Positions 37,967 to 46,949 of a stretch of DNA of 64,000 nt are shown one piece after another. This DNA is from an uncultured Actinomycetota bacterium. GTDB lineage: Bacteria; Actinomycetota; Actinomycetes; JAFAQI01. A program made the translations under genes and the position numbers. The DNA lies in contig CAVYQE010000002.1 of NCBI GenBank assembly GCA_963770565.1, forward strand, positions 544,001-608,000, written 5' to 3'. Position 1 is the first letter of the stretch. Each line of letters opens with the position of its first letter. Below the pieces are notes generated by a model. The model did no database searches, was not told where the DNA came from, and saw only the letters and a list, made by a program, of their open reading frames with translations.

Positions 37967-39238
37967 CTACTTCAGCGAGAGCCAGGTGGCCACGTCGACG
38001 ACGCCGGTCGCCGTGAGCTTGTGCGCCTGCTGCCAGGCGATGACCGCGGCCTTGGTTGCCGCGCCGAAACCGCCGTCGACGGTCAGCGATGCGCCGCGCC
38101 GGTTGAGGTCGAGCTGGAGTTGGGTCACCGTGAAGCCCTGGTCGCCCAACTTGACCGGCAGCGCCAGTCCGGCCACCGGGCGGACCACCTGGGGCAGCAG
38201 GTCGGTCGTCCACATCGGCACGACCTGGACGTTCTCGCCGGTCTGGGGGGAGTCGAGCAGGTCGCCCCCGCCGACATACATCGCCACGTGGTAGGCCGTC
38301 GAGGGCTTGCTGACATCGCTGGCGTAGAAGAGCAGGTCGCCTTGCTGGGCCTCGTTCAAGGGCACCAGCTTGCCGGCGCCGGCGTACTGTTCGGCCGCCG
38401 TCCGCGGGATGGTCAGCCCGGCATGCAGGTACGACGTCATCTGCAGGCCTGAGCAGTCGTAGCCCTTCGGGCCGGTGCCACCCCAGATGTAGGGCTTGCC
38501 GAGCTGCTTGTGGGCGAAGGCCATCGCCTGCAACGCGACCGGGTTCTTGGTCGTGCCGGGTCGCTTCACCAGCTCGGCCGCGAGCGTCACGACCTTCTTG
38601 CGAATCCTCGCCTGGGCGCGCGCGTCCGCGGTCTGGCTCGGCAGGATCGAGCTCGCGGTCGAGCACTCCGGCGTACCGAACAACGTGAGTGCCTTCCACG
38701 TCGCCGGCGAGGTGATGCCGGTCACCGGCAGGCGCGCCGCCTTCTGGACCATCTCGACCGCGTCGGTGGTCGGGCCGCCGAAGACCCCGTTGACCGCGGT
38801 GCCGACCATTCGCTGCAAGACCTCGACCGCAAGACCCTCCGCGCCGGTGGACAGCCGCGCGCAGGTCAACCGGACGCCGGTGCCGAGCACCCGCGACCCG
38901 CAGGCCGCCTCGGCGGTCGTAGCCGGCAACGCCGCCCAGGTCGCTGCATCAACCGCGCCGGTCGCCGGCAGCGAGTGCGCCCGCTGCCAGGCCTGCAATG
39001 CCTTGACGGTGCCCTTGCCGAAGTTGCCGTTGACCGGGTGGCCGATCGCGGTCTGAATCGATCGCACCGCGGCTCCGGTCGCACCCTGGCCGAGCACCGC
39101 GCAGGTGGTGACGGGCGCCTTCCGCGAGCCCGCGGCGTGCGCTACGGGCGACGCAACCACCGCGGTCAGCGCCAGGGCGAGCGTTGTCGCTGCCACGCCG
39201 AGCCGGAGCATCCGCGGTCTGAGCACGCATGACCGCAC
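37967..39238 (-). CDS. Secreted NlpC/P60 cell-wall hydrolase with three peptidoglycan-binding domains
   Basis: GKPYIWGGTGPKGYDCSGL...HVAMY; three G.FG..T..A+..WQ/VQ...L..TG repeats; GGAGGT SD. Confidence 0.93.
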   Translation of the reverse strand: MRSCVLRPRMLRLGVAATTLALALTAVVASPVAHAAGSRKAPVTTCAVLGQGATGAAVRSIQTAIGHPVNGNFGKGTVKALQAWQRAHSLPATGAVDAATWAALPATTAEAACGSRVLGTGVRLTCARLSTGAEGLAVEVLQRMVGTAVNGVFGGPTTDAVEMVQKAARLPVTGITSPATWKALTLFGTPECSTASSILPSQTADARAQARIRKKVVTLAAELVKRPGTTKNPVALQAMAFAHKQLGKPYIWGGTGPKGYDCSGLQMTSYLHAGLTIPRTAAEQYAGAGKLVPLNEAQQGDLLFYASDVSKPSTAYHVAMYVGGGDLLDSPQTGENVQVVPMWTTDLLPQVVRPVAGLALPVKLGDQGFTVTQLQLDLNRRGASLTVDGGFGAATKAAVIAWQQAHKLTATGVVDVATWLSLK

Positions 39239-39286
39239 GTCACACCTCCGTCAGGGGCCTCGCTGTCAACTTCCGCTATCAGCAGT

Positions 39287-39313
39287 TTCGGCACAGCCCC
39301 CCGGGGGCCTTGA
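39287..39313 (-). promoter_or_regulatory. Putative sigma-28 promoter of the NlpC/P60 gene
   Basis: Minus strand TCAA-N17-GCCGAAAC, ~50 nt upstream of the start. Confidence 0.5.
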
Positions 39314-39368
39314 ACCCGCTAACCGCATCAATCCGGGCAATCCAGGCTCACCCCGCTGCATCTGAGGC

Positions 39369-39665
39369 TCAGCCGACGTGGTGACCGATCACTGACCGCC
39401 ATTCCGCGCGGGTCGGCTCGGGGACTCCGGCCTGGCCCAGCGCCGGGCCGAGCCGCTGCGCCATGAAGGCCTCCTGCGAGGCCTGGGAGTCCCAGATCTC
39501 GAAGACGATCAAGGCGTTGTCCTCGGTCACGGCGCCGGTGTGCGCCAGCAGGCCGGGCGGCCAGTCACCCTCGTTCGTGGTCGGATCGATCCCTAGCAAG
39601 GCGTTGACGGCGTTGTACTGCTCCTCGTTGACGCCGTCGAACTCCAAGATCAATGCACTGGACAC
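39369..39665 (-). CDS. Small hypothetical protein (dimeric alpha-beta barrel/ABM-like)
   Basis: EQYNAVN..LG...GDWPPGLLAH.G...IVFEIWDSQ...EAF...RLGPAL; GGGGAGG SD. Confidence 0.75.
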   Translation of the reverse strand: MSSALILEFDGVNEEQYNAVNALLGIDPTTNEGDWPPGLLAHTGAVTEDNALIVFEIWDSQASQEAFMAQRLGPALGQAGVPEPTRAEWRSVIGHHVG

Positions 39666-39815
39666 GTCGGATCCTCCCCGCAGTTCCATTGATGGGCGGC
39701 ACGAGCCGTCGCCTGTCGGCCGACCGGTTGGATGCGGCCGAGGCTTGCACACTCACCCCGACCGGACAAGAGGGCAGCGGTGCCACGTCGGCGAGGCCCC
39801 TGCGGCGCGACCGTT

Positions 39816-40340
39816 TCAGTCGGTACTGCGGTCAAGCGCCGCGGCGAGATGCGGCACCAAGCCGGTGTCGCCGGCGGCCAGGTCGATCGCATACATGAGC
39901 TTCCCGGCGCGTACGGCGTACAACCGCCGATCGGCGGTGATCGGCGGGGCGCTCGGGGTTCGGGCCACGACGTCGCTGACCAGCTCGACCTGCGGGCCGG
40001 CCGGCCCCGCTTTGAGCGCTCCGATCAGGACCTCGGTCACCCCGCTCGGGCGGGTCACGACCAGCTCAACCGAGATCGAGCCGTCCTCGGCCGGCGGCTG
40101 CGGGCGCCACCACCCGGACTCCGAGTGCAGCCAGCTGCCGTCGTCGACCGTGACGAGGTGCGAGGTGTAGGCCAGCCAGGACGAGCCGTCGTCGTGGATC
40201 CGGAGCACTTCGGCGTACGGATAGTCCGGGCCGTCGCCGCCCGGCACCGCGCCGACTCCCTCACCGCGCCAGGTGCCGATCAGGAAGTCGAGGGCCCTGG
40301 CGGGGTCGGCGGGGGTCATCGCGGCAACCTCATCGCTCAC
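39816..40340 (-). CDS. Nitrobindin/FABP-like (DUF1794) protein
   Basis: L.FLIGTWRGEG, LHSESGWWR, RLY...GKLMY, PHLAA.L. Confidence 0.85.
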   Translation of the reverse strand: MSDEVAAMTPADPARALDFLIGTWRGEGVGAVPGGDGPDYPYAEVLRIHDDGSSWLAYTSHLVTVDDGSWLHSESGWWRPQPPAEDGSISVELVVTRPSGVTEVLIGALKAGPAGPQVELVSDVVARTPSAPPITADRRLYAVRAGKLMYAIDLAAGDTGLVPHLAAALDRSTD

Positions 40341-41472
40341 CGAGCAGCAGCCGGCTGATGATCATCTTCTGGATCTCCGACGTGCCGCCGCCGATCGAGC
40401 CGAGCTTGGCGTCCCGCAGTGCTCGCTCGACTCCGAAGTCGCGCAAGTAGCCGTAGCCGCCGTGGATCTGGATCGCGTCGAGCGCGTTCTGAACGCTCAT
40501 CTCCCCGACCAGGTATTTCGCGATCGAGGCTTCCATCTGGTGCTCGGCACCGGTCTGCTTGAGGTACGCCGCGCGGTAGACCGCGGTGCGGCAGGCCTCG
40601 AGGCGGACCTTCATCTCGGCCAGCTTGTGCGCGATCGCCTGGAACGACGCGATCGGCCGGCCGAACTGCTTGCGGTCCTTGGCATAGGCGACCGAGGCGT
40701 CGAGCGTGCTCTGCATCCCGCCGAGCGCCCCGCCCATCATCACGGTGCGCTCCCAGTCGAAGCACTCGAAGGCGATCTGCCACAACGCCGCGCCCTCGGC
40801 GCCGAGCAGCGCATCGCCGGGCACCCGGCAGTCGACCAACGCGATCTCGGCGGTGGGCGAGGACCGGCAGCCCATCTTGTCGAGCTCGCGGCCGACCTGG
40901 AACCCGGGATTGCCGGTGTCGACGATGAACGCGCTCGCACCCTTGTCACCCGTCTTGGCCAGCACCGTGCAGACGTCGGCGATCGGTCCGTTGGTGATGA
41001 AGATCTTGGTGCCGTTGAGGACCCAGTTGTCACCATCGGGTACGGCCGTCGTGAGCAGGCCGCCGGCGTCGGAGCCGGCCTCGGGCTCGGTCGAAGCCCA
41101 GGCCCCGATCATCGAGCCGTCGGTGAGTCCGGGCAGCCAGCGACGCTTCTGTTCCTCGGTGCCGTGCAGCCAGATCGGCACGGAACCGATCACCCAATGC
41201 GCGCCGAGCGAGAGGTTGAAACCACCGTCATGGCCGGCCTCGCCGATCGCCTCGTTGGCGATCAGGCAGTCCATGATCGAGGCGCCGGCGCCGCCGTACT
41301 CCTCGGGGATCGGCAGCCCGGCGAGGCCCTGCGCGGCGAAGGACTTCCAGACCTCGGGGTCCCATCGGCCGTCCCGGTCGCGATCCGCGGCGCCGGGAGC
41401 GACCGTGGCCGCCGCCCAGTCGTAGACGCTGCGTCGGAACGCCTTCTGCTCGTCGGTGAGGGAGAAGTCCAC
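40330..41472 (-). CDS. Acyl-CoA dehydrogenase family protein
   Basis: DFSLTDEQ, IPEEYGG, TEPEAGSD, LNGTKIFITNG, KMG.R, RKQFGRPI, QIHGGYG, GGTSEIQ. Confidence 0.95.
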   Translation of the reverse strand: MDFSLTDEQKAFRRSVYDWAAATVAPGAADRDRDGRWDPEVWKSFAAQGLAGLPIPEEYGGAGASIMDCLIANEAIGEAGHDGGFNLSLGAHWVIGSVPIWLHGTEEQKRRWLPGLTDGSMIGAWASTEPEAGSDAGGLLTTAVPDGDNWVLNGTKIFITNGPIADVCTVLAKTGDKGASAFIVDTGNPGFQVGRELDKMGCRSSPTAEIALVDCRVPGDALLGAEGAALWQIAFECFDWERTVMMGGALGGMQSTLDASVAYAKDRKQFGRPIASFQAIAHKLAEMKVRLEACRTAVYRAAYLKQTGAEHQMEASIAKYLVGEMSVQNALDAIQIHGGYGYLRDFGVERALRDAKLGSIGGGTSEIQKMIISRLLLGER

Positions 41473-41514
41473 AAAGGCAGTGTGCCAGCCAGGTCGCGGG
41501 CTACCCTCCGGGCC

Positions 41515-42501
41515 ATGTCTCAGATCACCCTCGACGTGGCCGAGCGAGCGCGGCTCGACCAGGTCCTGGTCGGCCTCGCAGGTCCGGACGGGTTGGCCGG
41601 ATCGGACGGCGATGTGTACGTCGACGAGGAGGGCACTCCGCTCGCCCGGCGGGACGCGGTGGCGATCATGCCGCTTCAGCCACCGTCGTGGCGTCGCCCG
41701 GACGAGGTCAACAGCTCGCGGTCGGTCGTCGTCGCGACCGACGGGCGTCTCCCGATCGCAGCACTGCCCGACGGCGCGTTGTTGCTGCTCGCCTCCGCGG
41801 GGGTGCGACTCGACGACGCCCGGCACATCGCGTGGGCACAGCGTTGGTCGGCGACGGCGTCGGAGGTGGTGACCGTCCCGATCCCCCCGACCGAGGCCGA
41901 CGCGCGTGCCGCCGAGCTCGCCGCGGCGTACTCGTCGGGCCCGCTCGTCGACGTCGAGACCGAGCCGCAGGCCATCGGCGACGGCCGGACCGTGCTGCTC
42001 ACCGGCCTGTCCGGCTCCGGCAAGTCGACCATCGCGCGCGCCCTGGTCAAGCGGCTGGCGGCCGACCGTAGCGTCACGTTGCTCGACGGCGATGTCGTGC
42101 GCACCCACCTCTCGCGCGGTCTCGGCTTCTCGCGCGAAGACCGCGACCTCAACATTCGCCGGATCGGCTGGGTCGCAGCCGAGGTCACCAAGCACGGCGG
42201 TCTCGCCGTATGTGCCCCGATCGCGCCATACGACGAGACCCGGCAGTGGGTCCGCCGGACCGTCGAGGCGGCCGGCGGGCCCGGGTCGTTCGTACTGGTG
42301 TGGATCTCGACGCCGCTCGAGGAGTGCGAGCGCCGCGACGTGAAGGGCCTCTACGCGAAGGCCCGGGCGGGCGAGATCACCGGCTTCACCGGCATCGACG
42401 ACCCCTACGAGCCGCCGCTCGATGCCACCCTGACGATCGACACGACCGTCGTCTCACTGAGCGACGCGGTCAACCAGATCGCCGCCCTGATCCCCCACTA
42501 A
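41515..42501 (+). CDS. cysC: Adenylyl-sulfate kinase with a degenerate N-terminal extension
   Basis: LLTGLSGSGKST, LLDGDVVR..LS.GLGFSREDR, RDVKGLY, FTGIDDPYEPP. Confidence 0.92.
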   Translation: MSQITLDVAERARLDQVLVGLAGPDGLAGSDGDVYVDEEGTPLARRDAVAIMPLQPPSWRRPDEVNSSRSVVVATDGRLPIAALPDGALLLLASAGVRLDDARHIAWAQRWSATASEVVTVPIPPTEADARAAELAAAYSSGPLVDVETEPQAIGDGRTVLLTGLSGSGKSTIARALVKRLAADRSVTLLDGDVVRTHLSRGLGFSREDRDLNIRRIGWVAAEVTKHGGLAVCAPIAPYDETRQWVRRTVEAAGGPGSFVLVWISTPLEECERRDVKGLYAKARAGEITGFTGIDDPYEPPLDATLTIDTTVVSLSDAVNQIAALIPH

Positions 42502-42505
42502 CCGT

Positions 42506-42592
42506 CCCAAGCAATGTCACATTGCCCAGCCGAATCGGGGGGTGCTGTCACATTGCCCCCCACTTCGTGGGGGCAATGTGACATTGCTTGGG
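42506..42592. repeat. 87-bp MITE/REP-like element with perfect 22-bp terminal inverted repeats
   Basis: CCCAAGCAATGTCACATTGCCC ... GGGCAATGTGACATTGCTTGGG, with a third internal TGTCACATTGCCC; partial sibling at 54864. Confidence 0.88.
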
Positions 42593-42598
42593 AGCGAG

Positions 42599-43357
<759 letters not shown>

Positions 43358-43377
43358 CGTCGCGCTCCGAGCCGGGC

Positions 43378-43481
43378 CGGGCAGCAGAGCCGGCGTTGCG
43401 GTCGCGAAGGAGGCGTGGGTCGAGTCCAGCGAAGCGACTCGGCCCCAGCCGACGTAGCGATCGCAACGCCGGCTCCGCCCG
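43378..43481. repeat. ~100-nt intergenic hairpin (REP-like) between cysN and cysQ
   Basis: GCAGAGCCGGCGTTGCGGTCGC pairs with GCGATCGCAACGCCGGCTCCGC (20/22); inner stem with an AGCGAAGCGA apex. Confidence 0.75.
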
Positions 43482-43495
43482 ACACCTGGATCAAG

Positions 43496-44737
43496 TCAGA
43501 GCACCATTGCGGCGCCGACGGTGGCGCCGCTCGCCTCGTCGATGATCAGGAACGAGCCGGTGGTGCGATTGCGCCGATACTCGTCGACGAACAACGGCTG
43601 CGTGGTACGAAGCCGGATCCGCCCGATCTCGTTGAGCGACAACGTCTCAGCCGTCTCGTCACGATGCAAGGTGTTCACGTCGATCCGGTAGTCGATGGCA
43701 CGGACCTGCGCGCGAGCGGACCGCGTCGTGTGCTTCACGGCGTACATGCCCCGCACCCGCAACGGCTCGTCGGTCAGCCAGCACACCATCGCGTCGACGT
43801 CCTGGCTCGACCGCGGCTGGTTGTGCGGCCGGCAGATCATGTCGCCGCGTGAGATGTCGATGTCGTCGGCCAGCCGCACGGTCACCGACATCGGCGGAAA
43901 GGCTTCGTCGATCGGTCCGTCGGCGGTGTCGATCGACTCGATCGTCGAGCGAAGTCCGCTCGGCAGCACGATCACGTCGTCGCCCGGCTTCAGCACCCCG
44001 CCGGCGACCAGCCCGGCGTACCCGCGGTAGTCGGGGTGGGCGGAGGACTGCGGCCGGATGACGTACTGCACCGGGAACCGTACGTCGATCAGGTTGCGGT
44101 CACTCGCGATGTAGACGTCCTCGAGGTGGTGCAGCAGTGAGGAACCCTCGTACCACGGCATGTTCTCCGAGCGGTGTACGACGTTGTCGCCGTGCAACGC
44201 GCTGATCGGGACGAAGGACAGGTCCGAGACGTCGAGCTTGGTCGCAAACGACCGGAACTCGTCCTTGATCCGGTTGAACACGCCCTCGTCGTAGTCGACC
44301 AGGTCCATCTTGTTGACACACAGCACGAGGTGCGGCACCCGCAGCAGAGACGCGAGGAACGCGTGCCGTCGGGACTGCTCGACGATGCCCTTCCGGGCGT
44401 CGATCAACACCAGCGCGAGGCTTGCCGTCGAAGCGCCGGTGACCATGTTGCGGGTGTACTGCACGTGGCCCGGAGTGTCGGCGATGATGAACGACCGCTT
44501 GGGGGTCGCGAAGTAGCGATACGCGACGTCGATCGTGATGCCCTGCTCGCGCTCGGCCCGGAGACCGTCGGTGAGGAGCGCCAGGTTGACGTGCTCGTCC
44601 CCGCGGTCGCGCGACGTGCGCTCGACCGCCTCGAGCTGGTCCTCGAAGATCGACTTGGTGTCGTAGAGCAACCGTCCGATCAAGGTCGACTTGCCGTCGT
44701 CGACACTGCCCGCGGTCGCGAACCTGAGTAGCTCCAC
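43496..44737 (-). CDS. cysN: Sulfate adenylyltransferase subunit 1
   Basis: RFATAGSVDDGKSTLIGRLL, EREQGITIDVAY, DTPGH, NKMD. Confidence 0.97.
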   Translation of the reverse strand: MELLRFATAGSVDDGKSTLIGRLLYDTKSIFEDQLEAVERTSRDRGDEHVNLALLTDGLRAEREQGITIDVAYRYFATPKRSFIIADTPGHVQYTRNMVTGASTASLALVLIDARKGIVEQSRRHAFLASLLRVPHLVLCVNKMDLVDYDEGVFNRIKDEFRSFATKLDVSDLSFVPISALHGDNVVHRSENMPWYEGSSLLHHLEDVYIASDRNLIDVRFPVQYVIRPQSSAHPDYRGYAGLVAGGVLKPGDDVIVLPSGLRSTIESIDTADGPIDEAFPPMSVTVRLADDIDISRGDMICRPHNQPRSSQDVDAMVCWLTDEPLRVRGMYAVKHTTRSARAQVRAIDYRIDVNTLHRDETAETLSLNEIGRIRLRTTQPLFVDEYRRNRTTGSFLIIDEASGATVGAAMVL

Positions 44738-44739
44738 GG

Positions 44740-45651
44740 TTAGAAGTACCCCTCGCGCTTGCGGTCTTCCATCGCGGCTTCGCTCAACCGGTCGTCCGCG
44801 CGCGTTGCCCCGCGCTCGGTGATCCGGGTGGCGGCCACCTCGGCGATGACGTCGGCGTACGTCGCAGCGGTGGACTCGACCGCGCCGGTGATCGGGATGT
44901 CGCCGACCGTGCGGTATCGCACGGACAGGGTCACGATCTCTTCGCTCTCCCGCGGCGTGGTGAAGTCGCTGACCGGCAGCCACATCCCGTCACGCAGGAA
45001 CACCTCGCGCTCGTGCGCGAAGTAGATGCTCGGCAGCGCGACGTTCTCGGCCGAGAGATAGCCCCAGATATCGAGCTCGGTCCAGTTGGACAGCGGGAAG
45101 ATCCGGATGTGCTCGCCCTTGTGGTGCCGGCCGTTGTAGAGCGACCACAGCTCGGGCCGCTGGTTCTTCGGATCCCACTGACCAAACTCGTCACGGAAGC
45201 TGTAGACCCGCTCTTTGGCCCTGGCCTTCTCCTCGTCGCGGCGCGCTCCGCCGAAGACCGCGTCGAACTGGCCCTCGGTGATCGCGTCGAGCAAGGTCAC
45301 CGTCTGCAGCGGGTTGCGGACACCATCGGGTCGCTCGCGCACCCGACCGGCCTTGATCGAGTCCTCGACCTTGGCGACGACCAGCCGGAGCCCGAGCCGC
45401 TCGACCGTGCTGTCACGGAAGGCGAGCACCTCTGGGAAGTTGTGGCCGGTGTCGACGTGCATGACCGGGAACGGGATCGGCGCCGGCCAGAAGGCCTTGG
45501 CCGCGACGTGAAGCATGACGACCGAGTCCTTCCCCCCGCTGAACAGCAGCACGGGGCGCTCGAACTCCGCCGCGACCTCACGAAAGATGTGGATCGATTC
45601 GGATTCGAGCGCCTGCAGCGAGCTCAGCTCGTAAGTCTGGGGTGCCGTCAT
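44740..45651 (-). CDS. cysD: Sulfate adenylyltransferase subunit 2
   Basis: LFSGGKDS, GGARRDEEKARAKER, SEAAMEDRKREGYF. Confidence 0.97.
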   Translation of the reverse strand: MTAPQTYELSSLQALESESIHIFREVAAEFERPVLLFSGGKDSVVMLHVAAKAFWPAPIPFPVMHVDTGHNFPEVLAFRDSTVERLGLRLVVAKVEDSIKAGRVRERPDGVRNPLQTVTLLDAITEGQFDAVFGGARRDEEKARAKERVYSFRDEFGQWDPKNQRPELWSLYNGRHHKGEHIRIFPLSNWTELDIWGYLSAENVALPSIYFAHEREVFLRDGMWLPVSDFTTPRESEEIVTLSVRYRTVGDIPITGAVESTAATYADVIAEVAATRITERGATRADDRLSEAAMEDRKREGYF

Positions 45652-45752
45652 AGGCCTTACAGAGTAGATCGAATGCGGATCAGGCGCGGCGAACTGCGCA
45701 AACCGTCAGCACTCGTTCATGGCCGACTTCGACCAAAGGCTAGGTTTTCGGC

Positions 45753-46529
45753 ATGGATCTCAACGGAACCTCGGCTGTCGTCACTGGCGGCGCCTCCGGC
45801 CTCGGCGCGGCGACCGCGCGCCTGCTCGCGGGTCAGGGCGTCGGTGTTGTCGTCGCCGACGTCCAGGACGCGAAAGGCGAGGCGCTGGCCGCCGAGATCG
45901 GCGGGGTGTTCGTCCACACCGACGTGACGGACACCGGCACGATCATCGCCGCAGTCGACACCGCGGCCGGGATGGCCCCGCTGCGCTCGCTGGTGTGCTG
46001 TGCGGGCATCGGCTGGCCCGAGCGGACCGTCGGCAAGGACGGCGAGTACGCATCGGCGCACAACCTCGACGCCTACAAGAAGGTGATCGCGATCAACCTG
46101 GTCGGCACGTTCGACTGCGTCCGGATCGCGGCGACCGCGATCGGGCGCACCACCGCCGGCGACGACGGGCAGCGCGGCGCGATCGTGTTGACCGCCTCGG
46201 TCGCCGCCGAGGACGGCCAGATCGGTCAGGCGGCGTACTCCTCGTCGAAGGGCGGCGTGGTCGGGATGACGCTCCCGGTGGCCCGCGACCTGTCGGTGAT
46301 CGGGGTCCGGGTCAACACGATCCTGCCCGGGTTGATCGACACGCCGATCTACGGCGAAGGTCCGGCCTCGGAGGAGTTCAAGGCCAAGCTCGGCACCGCG
46401 GTGCTGTTCCCCAAGCGGCTCGGGCACGCCGCGGAGTACGCCTCGCTGGCGCTGGAAATGCTGCGCAACGACTACTTCAACGCCGAGACCGTCCGGCTCG
46501 ACGCCGGCATCCGGATGCAGCCGCGTTGA
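45753..46529 (+). CDS. SDR, type-2 3-hydroxyacyl-CoA dehydrogenase (HSD10-like)
   Basis: TGGASGLG, TASVAAEDGQIGQAAYSSSKGG, FPKRLG...EY, RLDAGIRM. Confidence 0.93.
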   Translation: MDLNGTSAVVTGGASGLGAATARLLAGQGVGVVVADVQDAKGEALAAEIGGVFVHTDVTDTGTIIAAVDTAAGMAPLRSLVCCAGIGWPERTVGKDGEYASAHNLDAYKKVIAINLVGTFDCVRIAATAIGRTTAGDDGQRGAIVLTASVAAEDGQIGQAAYSSSKGGVVGMTLPVARDLSVIGVRVNTILPGLIDTPIYGEGPASEEFKAKLGTAVLFPKRLGHAAEYASLALEMLRNDYFNAETVRLDAGIRMQPR

Positions 46530-46546
46530 GCGCGACCGCACCATCA

Positions 46547-46648
46547 GCCGTGGCAGCCCGAACCCTCCGTGTCCCTGCTGCGACGGCGTTACGACCGGGG
46601 TCTTGGGCCATTGCCGGCAAGAAGCACGAAGGGCTCGGGGGCCTTGGC
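46547..46648. terminator. Long imperfect hairpin between convergent genes
   Basis: CCCGAACCCTCCGTG pairs with CACGAAGGGCTCGGG. Confidence 0.5.
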
Positions 46649-46947
46649 TAGACAGTCAGGCGAAGCTCGTTGACCTCGCCCTCACCGACCTCGGTCGATG
46701 CATCAGTTCCGCCATGGCCGCCGCCGGGGACGAGACGGACCGTCCAGTTGCCCGGGCGCGCGTAGAACCGGAACTGGCCGGTCGCTGAGGTGACCACCTC
46801 GGCGGTGAACTCCCCACCGGAGTCCAGCAGCCGCACGTAGCCACCCGCGACCGGCTGCTCGCCGGCGTACACGAGCCCTTGGATGACGGTCGCGCCGGTC
46901 GGGATGCCCTCGCGGTCGATCGTTGCCTGGTCAGGTGATCCGCACAC
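46648..46947 (-). CDS. DUF1416 (SseC-like) protein
   Basis: VIQGLV...GGYVRLLDSGGEFTAEVVTSATGQFRFYA.PG.W; immediately downstream of the sulfurtransferase. Confidence 0.9.
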   Translation of the reverse strand: MCGSPDQATIDREGIPTGATVIQGLVYAGEQPVAGGYVRLLDSGGEFTAEVVTSATGQFRFYARPGNWTVRLVPGGGHGGTDASTEVGEGEVNELRLTV

Positions 46948-46949
46948 GC

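Noticed and set aside
40273-42501. 742-aa CysC, 723-aa Gmd, 631-aa RmlA and 621-aa acyl-CoA dehydrogenase as novel fusions
   Set aside because: The N-terminal extensions are antisense read-through of the divergent neighbour; the real starts are internal.
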